DNA of 64,000 bases from NCBI GenBank assembly GCA_001776935.1, contig MFDN01000014.1:65464-129463 (forward strand). The letters run 5' to 3'. The position numbers and the translations under genes were made by a program. This DNA is from Candidatus Daviesbacteria bacterium RIFCSPLOWO2_01_FULL_39_23. GTDB lineage: Bacteria > Patescibacteriota > Microgenomatia > Daviesbacterales > UBA10151. The notes under the pieces were generated by a model that made no database searches, was not told where the DNA came from, and saw nothing but the letters and a program-made list of their open reading frames with translations. Shown one piece after another: positions 27,296 through 36,087 of this stretch (positions within the stretch are counted from its first letter, which is position 1; each line of letters starts with the position of its first letter).

Positions 27296-28414
27296 ATGAT
27301 TTTCATCCGGAATTATATTCTTCATCTTCTTTACAAAAATTTCCTCAAGCCAATCCTTTTTTTACTTGATCCGGAATTTATACATGACCGGATGACTATA
27401 TCCGGACGCTTGCTTGGCAGTAATGCTTTTACCCGCTTCCTGACATCAATATTTTTTTCTTACACTCATCCTGCTTTGGAGCAGGAAATTTTGGGAATTA
27501 AATTTAAAAACCCGATAGGCCTGGCAGCAGGATTTGATAAAGATGCTTACCTTCCTGGTATTTTACCTTCTGTTGGGTTTGGATTCACGGAGGTGGGAAC
27601 AATCACAGGCAAACCTTGTGAGGGCAACCCAAAGCCACGGCTTTGGAGGCTTAAAAATTCTAAAAGTTTGGTGGTTTATTACGGCTTAAAAAATGATGGC
27701 TGTGAAGAAATCTCCAAAAGGCTTAAAAATCAAAAATTCTCTATTCCGGTTATCACAAGCATTGGCAAAACAAACAGTAAGGAAACCATGGAAGAAAAGA
27801 AGGGTATTGCAGACTACTTAAAGGCCTACAAAGCTTTTTTGGATATCGGCCAAGTCTTTGATATTAATATCAGCTGTCCAAACGCTTTCGGCGGCTTGCC
27901 TTTTTCAGATCCTAAAAAGTTAGACAATCTGCTTTCTCAAATAGACAAAATTCCCTCCAAAAAACCCATTCTTTTGAAAATGCCTCCTGATTTAAAAGAT
28001 GGGGAACTTGATGAAATATTAAAAGTTGTCTCAAAACACAAAGTTTCCGGCTTTATTTGTTCCAATTTAACCAAAGACCGGAAAAAATCTGAAAGGAAAA
28101 TAACCGATAAATTTATTCCGGATCATGGGGGATTAAGCGGCAAGTTAGTAGAGGATTTGGCAAACGAACAGATTGCCAAAATTTATCAAAAAACCAAAGG
28201 GAAATATGTAATTATTGGTTTAGGAGGCGTTTTTAGCGCCGAAGATGCATATAAAAAAATCAAGCTTGGCGCATCTTTAATACAACTAATCACCGGCATG
28301 ATTTTTGAAGGACCTCAACTGATCAGTGAAATAAATTTTGGTTTGGTCAGATTGTTAAAAAAAGACGGCTTTAAAAATATTTCCCGAGCTATCGGTACAG
28401 CTTTTTCTTCTTAA
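27296..28414 (+). CDS. pyrD: Dihydroorotate dehydrogenase, class 2
   Basis: NPIGLAAGFDK, GNPKPRL, NISCPN, GGLSGK, GASLIQL. Confidence 0.93.
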   Translation: MIFIRNYILHLLYKNFLKPILFLLDPEFIHDRMTISGRLLGSNAFTRFLTSIFFSYTHPALEQEILGIKFKNPIGLAAGFDKDAYLPGILPSVGFGFTEVGTITGKPCEGNPKPRLWRLKNSKSLVVYYGLKNDGCEEISKRLKNQKFSIPVITSIGKTNSKETMEEKKGIADYLKAYKAFLDIGQVFDINISCPNAFGGLPFSDPKKLDNLLSQIDKIPSKKPILLKMPPDLKDGELDEILKVVSKHKVSGFICSNLTKDRKKSERKITDKFIPDHGGLSGKLVEDLANEQIAKIYQKTKGKYVIIGLGGVFSAEDAYKKIKLGASLIQLITGMIFEGPQLISEINFGLVRLLKKDGFKNISRAIGTAFSS

Positions 28415-28450
28415 TCTGTCGCAAAAGTTGTATACTAATAAAGTATCAAT

Positions 28451-29911
28451 ATGGAAGAGTTTAACAAATCTACTTCTGCACCCGCGCCTGAAACTGCGCC
28501 TATACCTGCAGAACAAAAGATGGTTCCAACTCACAATAAGTTCAAACTTTCAAAAAAAATAATAATTTTGACAGGTATTTTACTAGTTATTTTAGCTGGT
28601 GTAACTGCTTATCTCATCTTTGTAAAAAATGCTAAGGAACCTCAAAGCCTTTCTCAAGCAAGTAATAACCAGCCGGTAACTTCTCCTAGCTCAATGCCTT
28701 CAACAGTAAACGCAAATTTACCTGAGACAAAATCAATTGACATTCTAAACCCATTAGCTTTAATTAGAGCTGCATTTGTTAGAAATGGCAGCATCTACCT
28801 ATACGAGGACGGCAAAGAAAAACTAGTCGCTAAAGCAGCACAAAAAACAACCCAACAGGCTTGTTATAATCTCACATACCCATTCTTATCACCCAGCGGC
28901 AAGTACCTGGCTTACATTGAACAAATAGGTGAGCAGCCTGGTTATGGAGGGTGTTTAGAAGGTTTTTTGCGTATTGTAGACACCTCAACCGGAGTTAATA
29001 AACCTACTAGCTACAAAGTAGTTTTTTTCAATTGGACTCCTTCCAACCTGCTTAACTTTTCCCCCGGTCGAGAAGCATCACAAGCACCGCGAAAATATAC
29101 TGTAAAGAATATCTATTTTGACCCTACTGCACAAAAGGAAACAGTATTTGAAACAGTTATAGACCAAGATAAAAACACATGGGCTGATACTATGCTTTCA
29201 GCAGATTACCCATCTGATGATTTAAATAAGCTTGTAAGATTTAAGGATAGTAAGTATTACTTTGTTGATAATGGTTCTAATAAAGAAATTTTACTTTTTG
29301 ATAAAACCCAAATTACAGGTTTCCTTCATTGGTCACCCAGTGGCAGGTATGCAGTTTTTGAAAGTATAAAGAAGCCAACAAAGGCTTTTAATACTATAGA
29401 ATTAATAGTAGACACACAAAACCTTTCTGCAACACCTAAAGAGATTACAGTTGGTCTAGGCTCAGCTGGCGGTGATTTTTCAACAGGCCGTAAATGGTAT
29501 TTTGAAAAAGGGTTTGTAACCTATTGCAGGCAAGACTTATATTTTGTAGACGGAAGTCAACCATTAGAATTAACTAATGACGGTGGCGGAGGTTGTCATA
29601 ATGAAGAAGGTTTTGTAGCCACTTCACCTGGTGGGGAATACGCTTTTGTGAAGTTTAAAGATAGGTTTGAGGTTCATACAAAAGATGGGAATAAAACAGC
29701 AATCAAAGAAACAACTGCATTAACCAAGGCAAGAGGCGAGCCTAAAAATCTTATCTGGTTGAATGATGATTATATGGTAATTTTTGAAAGTACATATGGC
29801 GGGTATTCTGGTTCAGATAAAAAACCGAATGTTCACCTTTTTGACCGCAAAGCAAACATTATAAAACCTTTGATTGAAAATGCGTATCTTATTGATAGCC
29901 TGCCAAATTAA
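28451..29911 (+). CDS. Membrane-anchored beta-propeller (TolB-like) surface protein
   Basis: N-terminal TM; repeated SPSGKYLAY / WSPSGRYAVF / SPGGEYAFV blades. Confidence 0.7.
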   Translation: MEEFNKSTSAPAPETAPIPAEQKMVPTHNKFKLSKKIIILTGILLVILAGVTAYLIFVKNAKEPQSLSQASNNQPVTSPSSMPSTVNANLPETKSIDILNPLALIRAAFVRNGSIYLYEDGKEKLVAKAAQKTTQQACYNLTYPFLSPSGKYLAYIEQIGEQPGYGGCLEGFLRIVDTSTGVNKPTSYKVVFFNWTPSNLLNFSPGREASQAPRKYTVKNIYFDPTAQKETVFETVIDQDKNTWADTMLSADYPSDDLNKLVRFKDSKYYFVDNGSNKEILLFDKTQITGFLHWSPSGRYAVFESIKKPTKAFNTIELIVDTQNLSATPKEITVGLGSAGGDFSTGRKWYFEKGFVTYCRQDLYFVDGSQPLELTNDGGGGCHNEEGFVATSPGGEYAFVKFKDRFEVHTKDGNKTAIKETTALTKARGEPKNLIWLNDDYMVIFESTYGGYSGSDKKPNVHLFDRKANIIKPLIENAYLIDSLPN

Positions 29912-30080
29912 TTCCTAGGTGCTAATACCTTCAGTAGTTTGTCTTTTAAGGTAATACATTTGTTAGTGTCCTTCGGCAGGCTCAGGGCCTTTCGATTCTT
30001 TTAATCATTATATCAGTAGGATCTTAAGTTACGGGAGTCGAAGACCTTGAGTGAGGTCGATTTATCGACCGAATCGAAAG

Positions 30081-30225
30081 GTCGGGGTGGAGAGAATAAG
30101 AACCTTTCGCTACGCTCAAGAACCTTGCGACCTTCGGTCTTTGAACCGCACTTCGTGCTGGACTTAAATTCTCATTCCACAAATTTGCTTCAGAACCTCC
30201 ACCTTTGGCGGAGAACCTGAATCAA
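30081..30225. mobile_element. 145-bp mini-element duplicating the tRNA-Pro 3' end
   Basis: 17-bp direct repeat GTCGGGGTGGAGAGAAT at 30081 and 30226; internal inverted copy ATTCTCATTCCAC at 30168. Confidence 0.7.
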
Positions 30226-30226
30226 G

Positions 30227-30298
30227 TCGGGGTGGAGAGAATTGAACTCTCTACATCTGCGTCCCAAACGCAGCGGTCTACCGATGACCTACACCCCG
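30227..30298 (-). tRNA. tRNA-Pro (TGG)
   Basis: CGGGGTG/CACCCCG acceptor, CTGCG-TTTGGGA-CGCAG anticodon arm, AGTTCAATT T-loop. Confidence 0.93.
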
Positions 30299-30366
30299 GA
30301 ACAGGTCTTAATCAAACCTGAGTTAGTATTGTACCAGAACTTTGGCCTTGTTAGAATACTAATTAG

Positions 30367-32046
30367 GTGAAAATTGAAAGATCTGTCCTTTTTTTAATCA
30401 TCATAGGCTTCCTGATATATTTTAACGGCTTATTCGGGTCTTTTGTCTGGGATGATGAGGAGCAAATAGTTGCAAACGGAATAATTCACTCAATTAAAAA
30501 TATCCCACACCTTTTTTTAGGCAGCACTTTTAACCCGGGTGGGGCAAGCTCTTTAGGAGGAATGTACTACAAACCCTTAATGAGTGTTTCTTTCTCTTTT
30601 CTTTATTCTGTTTTTGGTTCTAATCCTTTTTTCTTTCATCTGTTCCAACTACTTATTCACATCGCAAACGCCTTGTTGGTATTTTATTTTTTTAAATATT
30701 TTTTTAATCAAAAGGCCGCTTTTTTTGCATCTTTATTTTTTCTAATCCATCCTGTAAATAGCGAAGCCGTGCTGTATGTTTCCGCTCTTCAGGACACCCT
30801 GTTTTTCTTCTTTGGAATGCTGGTGATGAATTTGTTAAAAAAAGGATCAGGAAAAATCTCCACTGTTTTTTTATCCGCATTTTTCCTTTTGTTGTCTTTG
30901 CTTTCAAAAGAAACAGGATCATTATTTTTTGTTGTTGCAATAGTTTTTAAATTTTTCTTTGAAAAAAATAAACGCTTTTTATATCTTTTTTCATTTTTTA
31001 TTGCCGGAGCAATTTATCTTTTCTTGCGTTTTGCGGTAGCCGGCATGTCTGTTGGTAAATTCGGACCTTCACCGATTATGATGGCAACTTTTTACGAAAG
31101 GCTGATAAATATGCCGCAAATTGCCTTCTTTTATTTAAAAACTTTTTTCTGGCCTGCTTCTTTGGCAATAGACAGACAGGAAATTATCAGGGAAGTTAGT
31201 TTTTATAATTTCTATCTTCCCCTGATTTTTGTTTTATTATTCCTGTCTGTAACCGGCACTGCCCTATTTTTGATTTACAAAAGAAATGGGAACAATTTTA
31301 AGATCTGTCTTTTCTTTTTATTATGGTTTGGCTTAGGGATGGGATTGCATCTTCAGATTTTTCCTTTGGATATGGCGCTTGCGGAGAGGTGGTTTTATTT
31401 TCCTATAGCCGGCCTTTTAGGACTTGTATTAATTTCAGGCAGTCAATTTAACTTATTTAACCAAAAAAAACTTTTGTATTTTTTTGTAATTTTGATAATT
31501 TTTGCCTTATCAATCCGGACATTCATAAGAACCTTTGACTGGAGAAACGGGCTTACCCTTTTCAGTCATGATATAAAATTATCCGGCAAAAGCTTTAACC
31601 TTGAAAACAACTTAGGAGTGGGGCTTTTCAGGACCGGCAGAGTAGAGGAGGCAGCTATTCATTTTGAAAATTCAACCAAGCTCGCCCCTTATTGGTGGAC
31701 TAATTGGAATAATTTGGGGGTGATTTATGAGCGGCAAAAGGATTTTGAGAGAGCAGGGAAATCTTATCAAAAAGCAATTGATAACGGAAAGTATTACCTT
31801 GCCTACGAGAATTTAGCAGGCTTGTTTTTGAACCATAAAAAGTCCCCGAAAGAAGCCAAAGAATTTATTGAAAAATCCCTTATTGATTTACCCAACAATT
31901 GGAAGCTGCATTATATACTGGCCTTATCAGAGCTTCAGCTGGAAAACCGCGAACCTGCAATTCAATCAGCCCGAAAAGCTTACCAGCTTTCTCCAAATGA
32001 ACAAACCTACCGGTTACTAAAAAATATGGCAACTAATTCCCCCTAG
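30367..32046 (+). CDS. TMTC-like GT-C glycosyltransferase with C-terminal TPRs
   Basis: [33 protein letters not shown]; NNLG TPR repeats. Confidence 0.85.
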   Translation: MKIERSVLFLIIIGFLIYFNGLFGSFVWDDEEQIVANGIIHSIKNIPHLFLGSTFNPGGASSLGGMYYKPLMSVSFSFLYSVFGSNPFFFHLFQLLIHIANALLVFYFFKYFFNQKAAFFASLFFLIHPVNSEAVLYVSALQDTLFFFFGMLVMNLLKKGSGKISTVFLSAFFLLLSLLSKETGSLFFVVAIVFKFFFEKNKRFLYLFSFFIAGAIYLFLRFAVAGMSVGKFGPSPIMMATFYERLINMPQIAFFYLKTFFWPASLAIDRQEIIREVSFYNFYLPLIFVLLFLSVTGTALFLIYKRNGNNFKICLFFLLWFGLGMGLHLQIFPLDMALAERWFYFPIAGLLGLVLISGSQFNLFNQKKLLYFFVILIIFALSIRTFIRTFDWRNGLTLFSHDIKLSGKSFNLENNLGVGLFRTGRVEEAAIHFENSTKLAPYWWTNWNNLGVIYERQKDFERAGKSYQKAIDNGKYYLAYENLAGLFLNHKKSPKEAKEFIEKSLIDLPNNWKLHYILALSELQLENREPAIQSARKAYQLSPNEQTYRLLKNMATNSP

Positions 32047-32129
32047 TGCCCAGGGTGGGAGTCGAACCCACACGACCTTGCGGCCATTGGATTTTAAGTC
32101 CAACGTGTATGCCATTCCACCACCTGGGC
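32047..32129 (-). tRNA. tRNA-Leu (TAA)
   Basis: GCCCAGG/CCTGGGC acceptor, TTGGA-CTTAAAA-TCCAA anticodon arm, long variable arm, GGTTCGACTCC. Confidence 0.93.
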
Positions 32130-32241
32130 ATTAATTGAACTATTTTACCAAAAAGGTATTGATACTTCGAGTCTCAGTATTAATACTGTGCCAAACCGAA
32201 GTATTGACAATTGGAAGGATGTCTATTATTCTAGGTTTTCT

Positions 32242-32913
32242 ATGTTAAAGATACGCAAACAACTTCTTTTCTTAGCACTCTTTTCAATTGTCGGATTTAT
32301 TACCCTACAAATTCCTTTTAATAAAGTCATGGGGTCAAATGTTTCATTCACCCTTTTTGACTTCTTCGGTCCAATTGCCGGAGGATTTTTAGGCCCTGTT
32401 TTAGGCATTGTTTCCGTTTTAGGAGTGGAGCTATTCAATTTATTTGTTAAACAAACCCCCCTGACAACAGGATCCATAATCAGACTTTTCCCGATCCTTT
32501 TTGCAGTCTTATACTTTGCCCTAATTCACAAAAAAGCTGCGCAGGGAAAATGGCTTCTTATAGTGCCCCTGTTTTGCATCGCAGCTTTTATCGCTCATCC
32601 AATCGGCAGACAGGTTCCTTATTACGCTTTAATGTTTTGGCTGATTCCTGTTATTGCATATTTTAAGAAAGATAATTTATTTGTAAAAAGCTTAGGCTCT
32701 ACCTTTACTGCGCATTCAGTGGGTGGAGCAGCCTGGATTTGGGCATTTAATTTACCGGCATCAGTCTGGAACAACCTTATCCCTGTGGTTATAGCCGAAA
32801 GAATCCTGTTTGCAGCAGGCATTGCTGCTTCCTACATTTTAGTAAAATACACCCTGACTTTTTTAATTTCAAAGAAAATTTTGCCCAAGCCGGAATTTAA
32901 TGCTTTATTCTGA
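32242..32913 (+). CDS. Membrane protein resembling an ECF-transporter S component
   Basis: About 6-7 TM; GPIAGGFLGPVLG resembles the S-component AxxxGPxxG motif. Confidence 0.55.
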   Translation: MLKIRKQLLFLALFSIVGFITLQIPFNKVMGSNVSFTLFDFFGPIAGGFLGPVLGIVSVLGVELFNLFVKQTPLTTGSIIRLFPILFAVLYFALIHKKAAQGKWLLIVPLFCIAAFIAHPIGRQVPYYALMFWLIPVIAYFKKDNLFVKSLGSTFTAHSVGGAAWIWAFNLPASVWNNLIPVVIAERILFAAGIAASYILVKYTLTFLISKKILPKPEFNALF

Positions 32914-33526
32914 TTTAAAATTTCCCAAAAAAGTTGGCAGGCCTTTTTTCTATACAAACTTTGTTGCCACCCTTGACGGCAAGGTAGCGGTAAAAAAGCC
33001 CGGGTACTTTCCCATAGGCAGCAAAACAGACTACCAAACTTTAGTACAGTTAAGATCATATGCGGACTGTTTAATCCACGGCAAAAATTTAGCCGGAGAA
33101 TTTGGGGAAATCACGCTTCAAAGCTTAAATAAAATTTCCTTTAAAAAACTGCGCCGGAAACTGGGAAAACAGGAAAATTTGCCATACCTGATACTGACAA
33201 AACATATCGGTTCCTTACCAAAATCCCTGGGTGCCAACGTAATCCACCCTCCAGGTCGGATTTTCGGCCTGGCAAAATATCTTTATAGCAAAGGTTACAA
33301 AAATATTCTTGTAGAAGGAGGGCCAACACTACTGGGATCCTTTTTAAAAGAAAATTTAATTGATGAGTTTTTTTTAACAATAGCACCTAAAATCTTTGGA
33401 AGCGGAAAAGATACTTTAACTTTAGTAGAGGGCGTTTTATTTCCTCCCACAAAGATTAAAAGGCTTAAGCTGATATCGTTTAAGCAAATACATAATGAAA
33501 TATATTTGCGCTACCGCACAATTTAA
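32900..33526 (+). CDS. RibD C-terminal (DHFR-like) reductase domain protein
   Basis: ATLDGK, LVEGGPTL, LIDEFFLTIAPKIFG. Confidence 0.85.
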   Translation: MLYSDLKFPKKVGRPFFYTNFVATLDGKVAVKKPGYFPIGSKTDYQTLVQLRSYADCLIHGKNLAGEFGEITLQSLNKISFKKLRRKLGKQENLPYLILTKHIGSLPKSLGANVIHPPGRIFGLAKYLYSKGYKNILVEGGPTLLGSFLKENLIDEFFLTIAPKIFGSGKDTLTLVEGVLFPPTKIKRLKLISFKQIHNEIYLRYRTI

Positions 33527-33547
33527 GCCATTTTAACCTTTTCGCTT

Positions 33548-33808
33548 TTAACGATCTTCTCTGGGACGAGCAATGTTAACAACGATCTTGCGACCTTCAA
33601 CATCTGCACCATTAAGATTTTTGACTGCGTTTTGAGCTTCTTCATCAGTAGACATCTCGACGAAACCAAATCCTCTGGATCTGCCTGTCTCACGGTCTTT
33701 AACAACCTGTGCTGAGACAACATTACCAGCCTGAGCAAAAATCTCACCAAGCTTGGCATCATCAACAGCCCAAGGTAAAGAACCTACGAACAATTTTCTG
33801 TTATTCAA
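33548..33808 (-). CDS. RRM (RNP-1) RNA-binding protein
   Basis: LFVGSLPW (RNP2), RSRGFGFVEM (RNP1); TTG start with GGAGGTGA SD. Confidence 0.93.
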   Translation of the reverse strand: MNNRKLFVGSLPWAVDDAKLGEIFAQAGNVVSAQVVKDRETGRSRGFGFVEMSTDEEAQNAVKNLNGADVEGRKIVVNIARPREDR

Positions 33809-33811
33809 TTC

Positions 33812-33853
33812 AACTCACCTCCCTTTCTTTTCAATTTACTGTGGAGGTGAATT
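33812..33853 (-). promoter_or_regulatory. Anti-SD/SD hairpin in the RRM gene leader
   Basis: AATTCACCTCC pairs with GGAGGTGAGTT (11 bp) covering the SD. Confidence 0.65.
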
Positions 33854-34009
33854 ACTGTAAAAACACTAAATACACTTTAACCACTGTGTATATTATCCCA
33901 AATTTATCATAAAATAGCAAATATGGCTAAGCGCCCGGTGTATTTGACGCGCGCAGACTGCGTGCCGAAAACAGAAGACGGGGATTGTTACACAAAGGAT
34001 GACTGAGCA

Positions 34010-34041
34010 CGCAAAAAGCGCGCAAGTAATCGCGCAACCTA
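34010..34041. repeat. 32-bp direct repeat, copy 1 (3' of Fic gene)
   Basis: CGCAAAAAGCGCGCAAGTAATCGCGCAACCTA; 31/32 identical to 35116-35147. Confidence 0.9.
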
Positions 34042-35091
34042 TGATTTAAGCGTATAATAAATTGCAACCCCTGCGCCTTCCTGTTTAATCAACCCCTTCT
34101 CAATCAGTCTTTTTAATTTAAGCTGAGCGGTGCGTTTGGCAACTTTTAAAATATCCACCACGTCATCAGATGTAATCCTGCCTACGGTGGTAAGGAATTC
34201 TATAAGAGGAATCTCGTCTTTATCGACAAAAATCTGTTCGCCTTTTCCGGGGACCTTATCCAAACCGGTGCTTTGGATATCATCTCTCACCCGCATTGCT
34301 TCCACCAAAAAGCCTTCAGTGAAATATTCCAACCATGAAGTAATATCATGTCCAATTCTTTCCCGATAGGTTTTCTCAATTTGAAGGGCGTTATAATACT
34401 CCAAACGGTCCTGATTATAGTATTCATCTAAAACCAAGATCTTCCGGAAATCCCAACTATTTTGCATAAGGTGCAATTGGGTGAGCAATCGGGTGGTCCT
34501 GCCGTTTCCATCTGTGAACGGGTGAATAGAGGCAAATTCCAAATGCAAAATCCCTGCACTAATAACCGGATGAAGCCCTTCGCGGCTAGCCTTTTTCAGC
34601 CAGGCTATCAAATCGAAAACCAACGCAGGCACTTTTTTAGCAGAAGGCGGCCGGTACATGATTTTATCAATATTGCCGACAGTATTTACCACATATACGG
34701 TAGAGGGGCGGAAATAACCGCTTTTGCGCGGCTCCAAAACACCTTTCGTAACTTCTTTTTGGATCACCAGTACATCTTCAATGTCAAAAGCCTTTTCTTC
34801 TGCCAGTTTGTCCACTAAAAGAAGAGCATCCTGATAATTTTTCACCTCATCAATAGATTTAGGGTCTGCCATAACTTTTTCACCACCCAAAACCTTATTC
34901 ACCTGGAATTGAGCCAGTTTGTTTCCTTCAATTGAAGTTGAAGTGTGAACCATTTTCACTATTGCCTGACGCCGAAGTTCTATTTCCCTTTGAGGCAGTA
35001 CACGCGAGCGTTCAACAATAGTTTTAATCTCGGAAATTTTACTGATTTTATCTAAAATTGATGTAGTAATTGTATATTTTGGATCGAACAT
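34039..35091 (-). CDS. Fic family AMP-transferase with C-terminal winged HTH
   Basis: STSIEGN inhibitory motif, HPFTDGNGRTTR Fic motif, C-terminal HTH. Confidence 0.92.
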   Translation of the reverse strand: MFDPKYTITTSILDKISKISEIKTIVERSRVLPQREIELRRQAIVKMVHTSTSIEGNKLAQFQVNKVLGGEKVMADPKSIDEVKNYQDALLLVDKLAEEKAFDIEDVLVIQKEVTKGVLEPRKSGYFRPSTVYVVNTVGNIDKIMYRPPSAKKVPALVFDLIAWLKKASREGLHPVISAGILHLEFASIHPFTDGNGRTTRLLTQLHLMQNSWDFRKILVLDEYYNQDRLEYYNALQIEKTYRERIGHDITSWLEYFTEGFLVEAMRVRDDIQSTGLDKVPGKGEQIFVDKDEIPLIEFLTTVGRITSDDVVDILKVAKRTAQLKLKRLIEKGLIKQEGAGVAIYYTLKS

Positions 35092-35115
35092 AAGCCTATT
35101 ATATCATAAATATCG

Positions 35116-35147
35116 CGCAAAAAGCGCGCAAGAAATCGCGCAACCTA
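35116..35147. repeat. 32-bp direct repeat, copy 2 (Fic promoter region; operator-like GCGCAA triplet)
   Basis: Three GCGCAA units at 11-12 bp spacing directly upstream of TGATATAAT -10. Confidence 0.9.
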
Positions 35148-36053
35148 CACCACAACTTTTCTTGATTTTAGGAAAAAGTATCCCACAATCAAAGCTGTTG
35201 CTATTGGGGAAAGCCAGGTGGGGATATGCAAGCCGAAACTATCCATAAGCATGATGGTGCCTAAAATTAAAATAGAATACATGGCGCCGTTTTTTAGGAA
35301 AACATATTTTTTAATTCTTTCAATATTGCCAAGCGTCAATTCCCTGACCACAAATGCTCCGATCCCATTACCCAATAAAATCAACGGTACAGAAAGGGTA
35401 AAGGCAAAGGCCCCAATTACACCGTCTATGGAAAATGTGGCATCAATCACCTCAAGGTACAAAATTTTGCTAAAGTCACTTTTGGTGGAAGAAAACAGTT
35501 TCTCCTCTGCTTTCTTGGCGTTTTCCTTAAAACCGTGGGTGATAAAAAACGCTGTTGACCCGACAACCGCCCCGAAAGCCATCATCGGATTAATTTTTAG
35601 CGCAAACCAAACTATTACTGCAAGGATTACGGAGACTACCGCATAAAACCAAACGCCCTGCGAATAGAAAAACTTTTCTCCACGAAGACCAAACTGTTTC
35701 GGCTCCAGGAATAACCAGTGAAAAAAGAGAAATATTAAAAAAATGCCCCCGCCGGATAATAAAATAGGCGCAGAAGCCTCTATGGCCGCAATTACAGCCG
35801 GGTCAGAGCTTAAAGCCGCGGTGAATGCACCTATCGGTCCAAGCGAAGGATTTGTTGCCCAAACAATTGCCCACGGAAGCAAACCCCGAAGCAAGAAAAC
35901 CGCAATTAAAAGGCCCCAAAGCAAAAACCACTTACGGGCTTTTTGCGCCATGGTGGATAAAACTTCCGCATTGATAATTGCATTATCAATGGAAGATATC
36001 GTCTCAAATAAAATAAGCCCTGAAACTACCAGTACAATTGATAAAATATCCAT
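35145..36053 (-). CDS. DUF475/TerC-family membrane protein
   Basis: ETISSIDNAIINA, YLEVIDATFSIDGVIGAFA. Confidence 0.9.
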   Translation of the reverse strand: MDILSIVLVVSGLILFETISSIDNAIINAEVLSTMAQKARKWFLLWGLLIAVFLLRGLLPWAIVWATNPSLGPIGAFTAALSSDPAVIAAIEASAPILLSGGGIFLIFLFFHWLFLEPKQFGLRGEKFFYSQGVWFYAVVSVILAVIVWFALKINPMMAFGAVVGSTAFFITHGFKENAKKAEEKLFSSTKSDFSKILYLEVIDATFSIDGVIGAFAFTLSVPLILLGNGIGAFVVRELTLGNIERIKKYVFLKNGAMYSILILGTIMLMDSFGLHIPTWLSPIATALIVGYFFLKSRKVVV

Positions 36054-36087
36054 TTATGATTAAAATACTTTAATACAAATCATCGGT

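Noticed and set aside
30081-30180. Second tRNA-Pro or intron-containing tRNA
   Set aside because: Only 17 bp of the 3' end is present, with no D-arm or anticodon arm; the neighbouring tRNA is complete
33240-33262. Possible palindromic insert (HPPG) in the RibD-C gene
   Set aside because: Pairing is too weak and there is no second copy in the window
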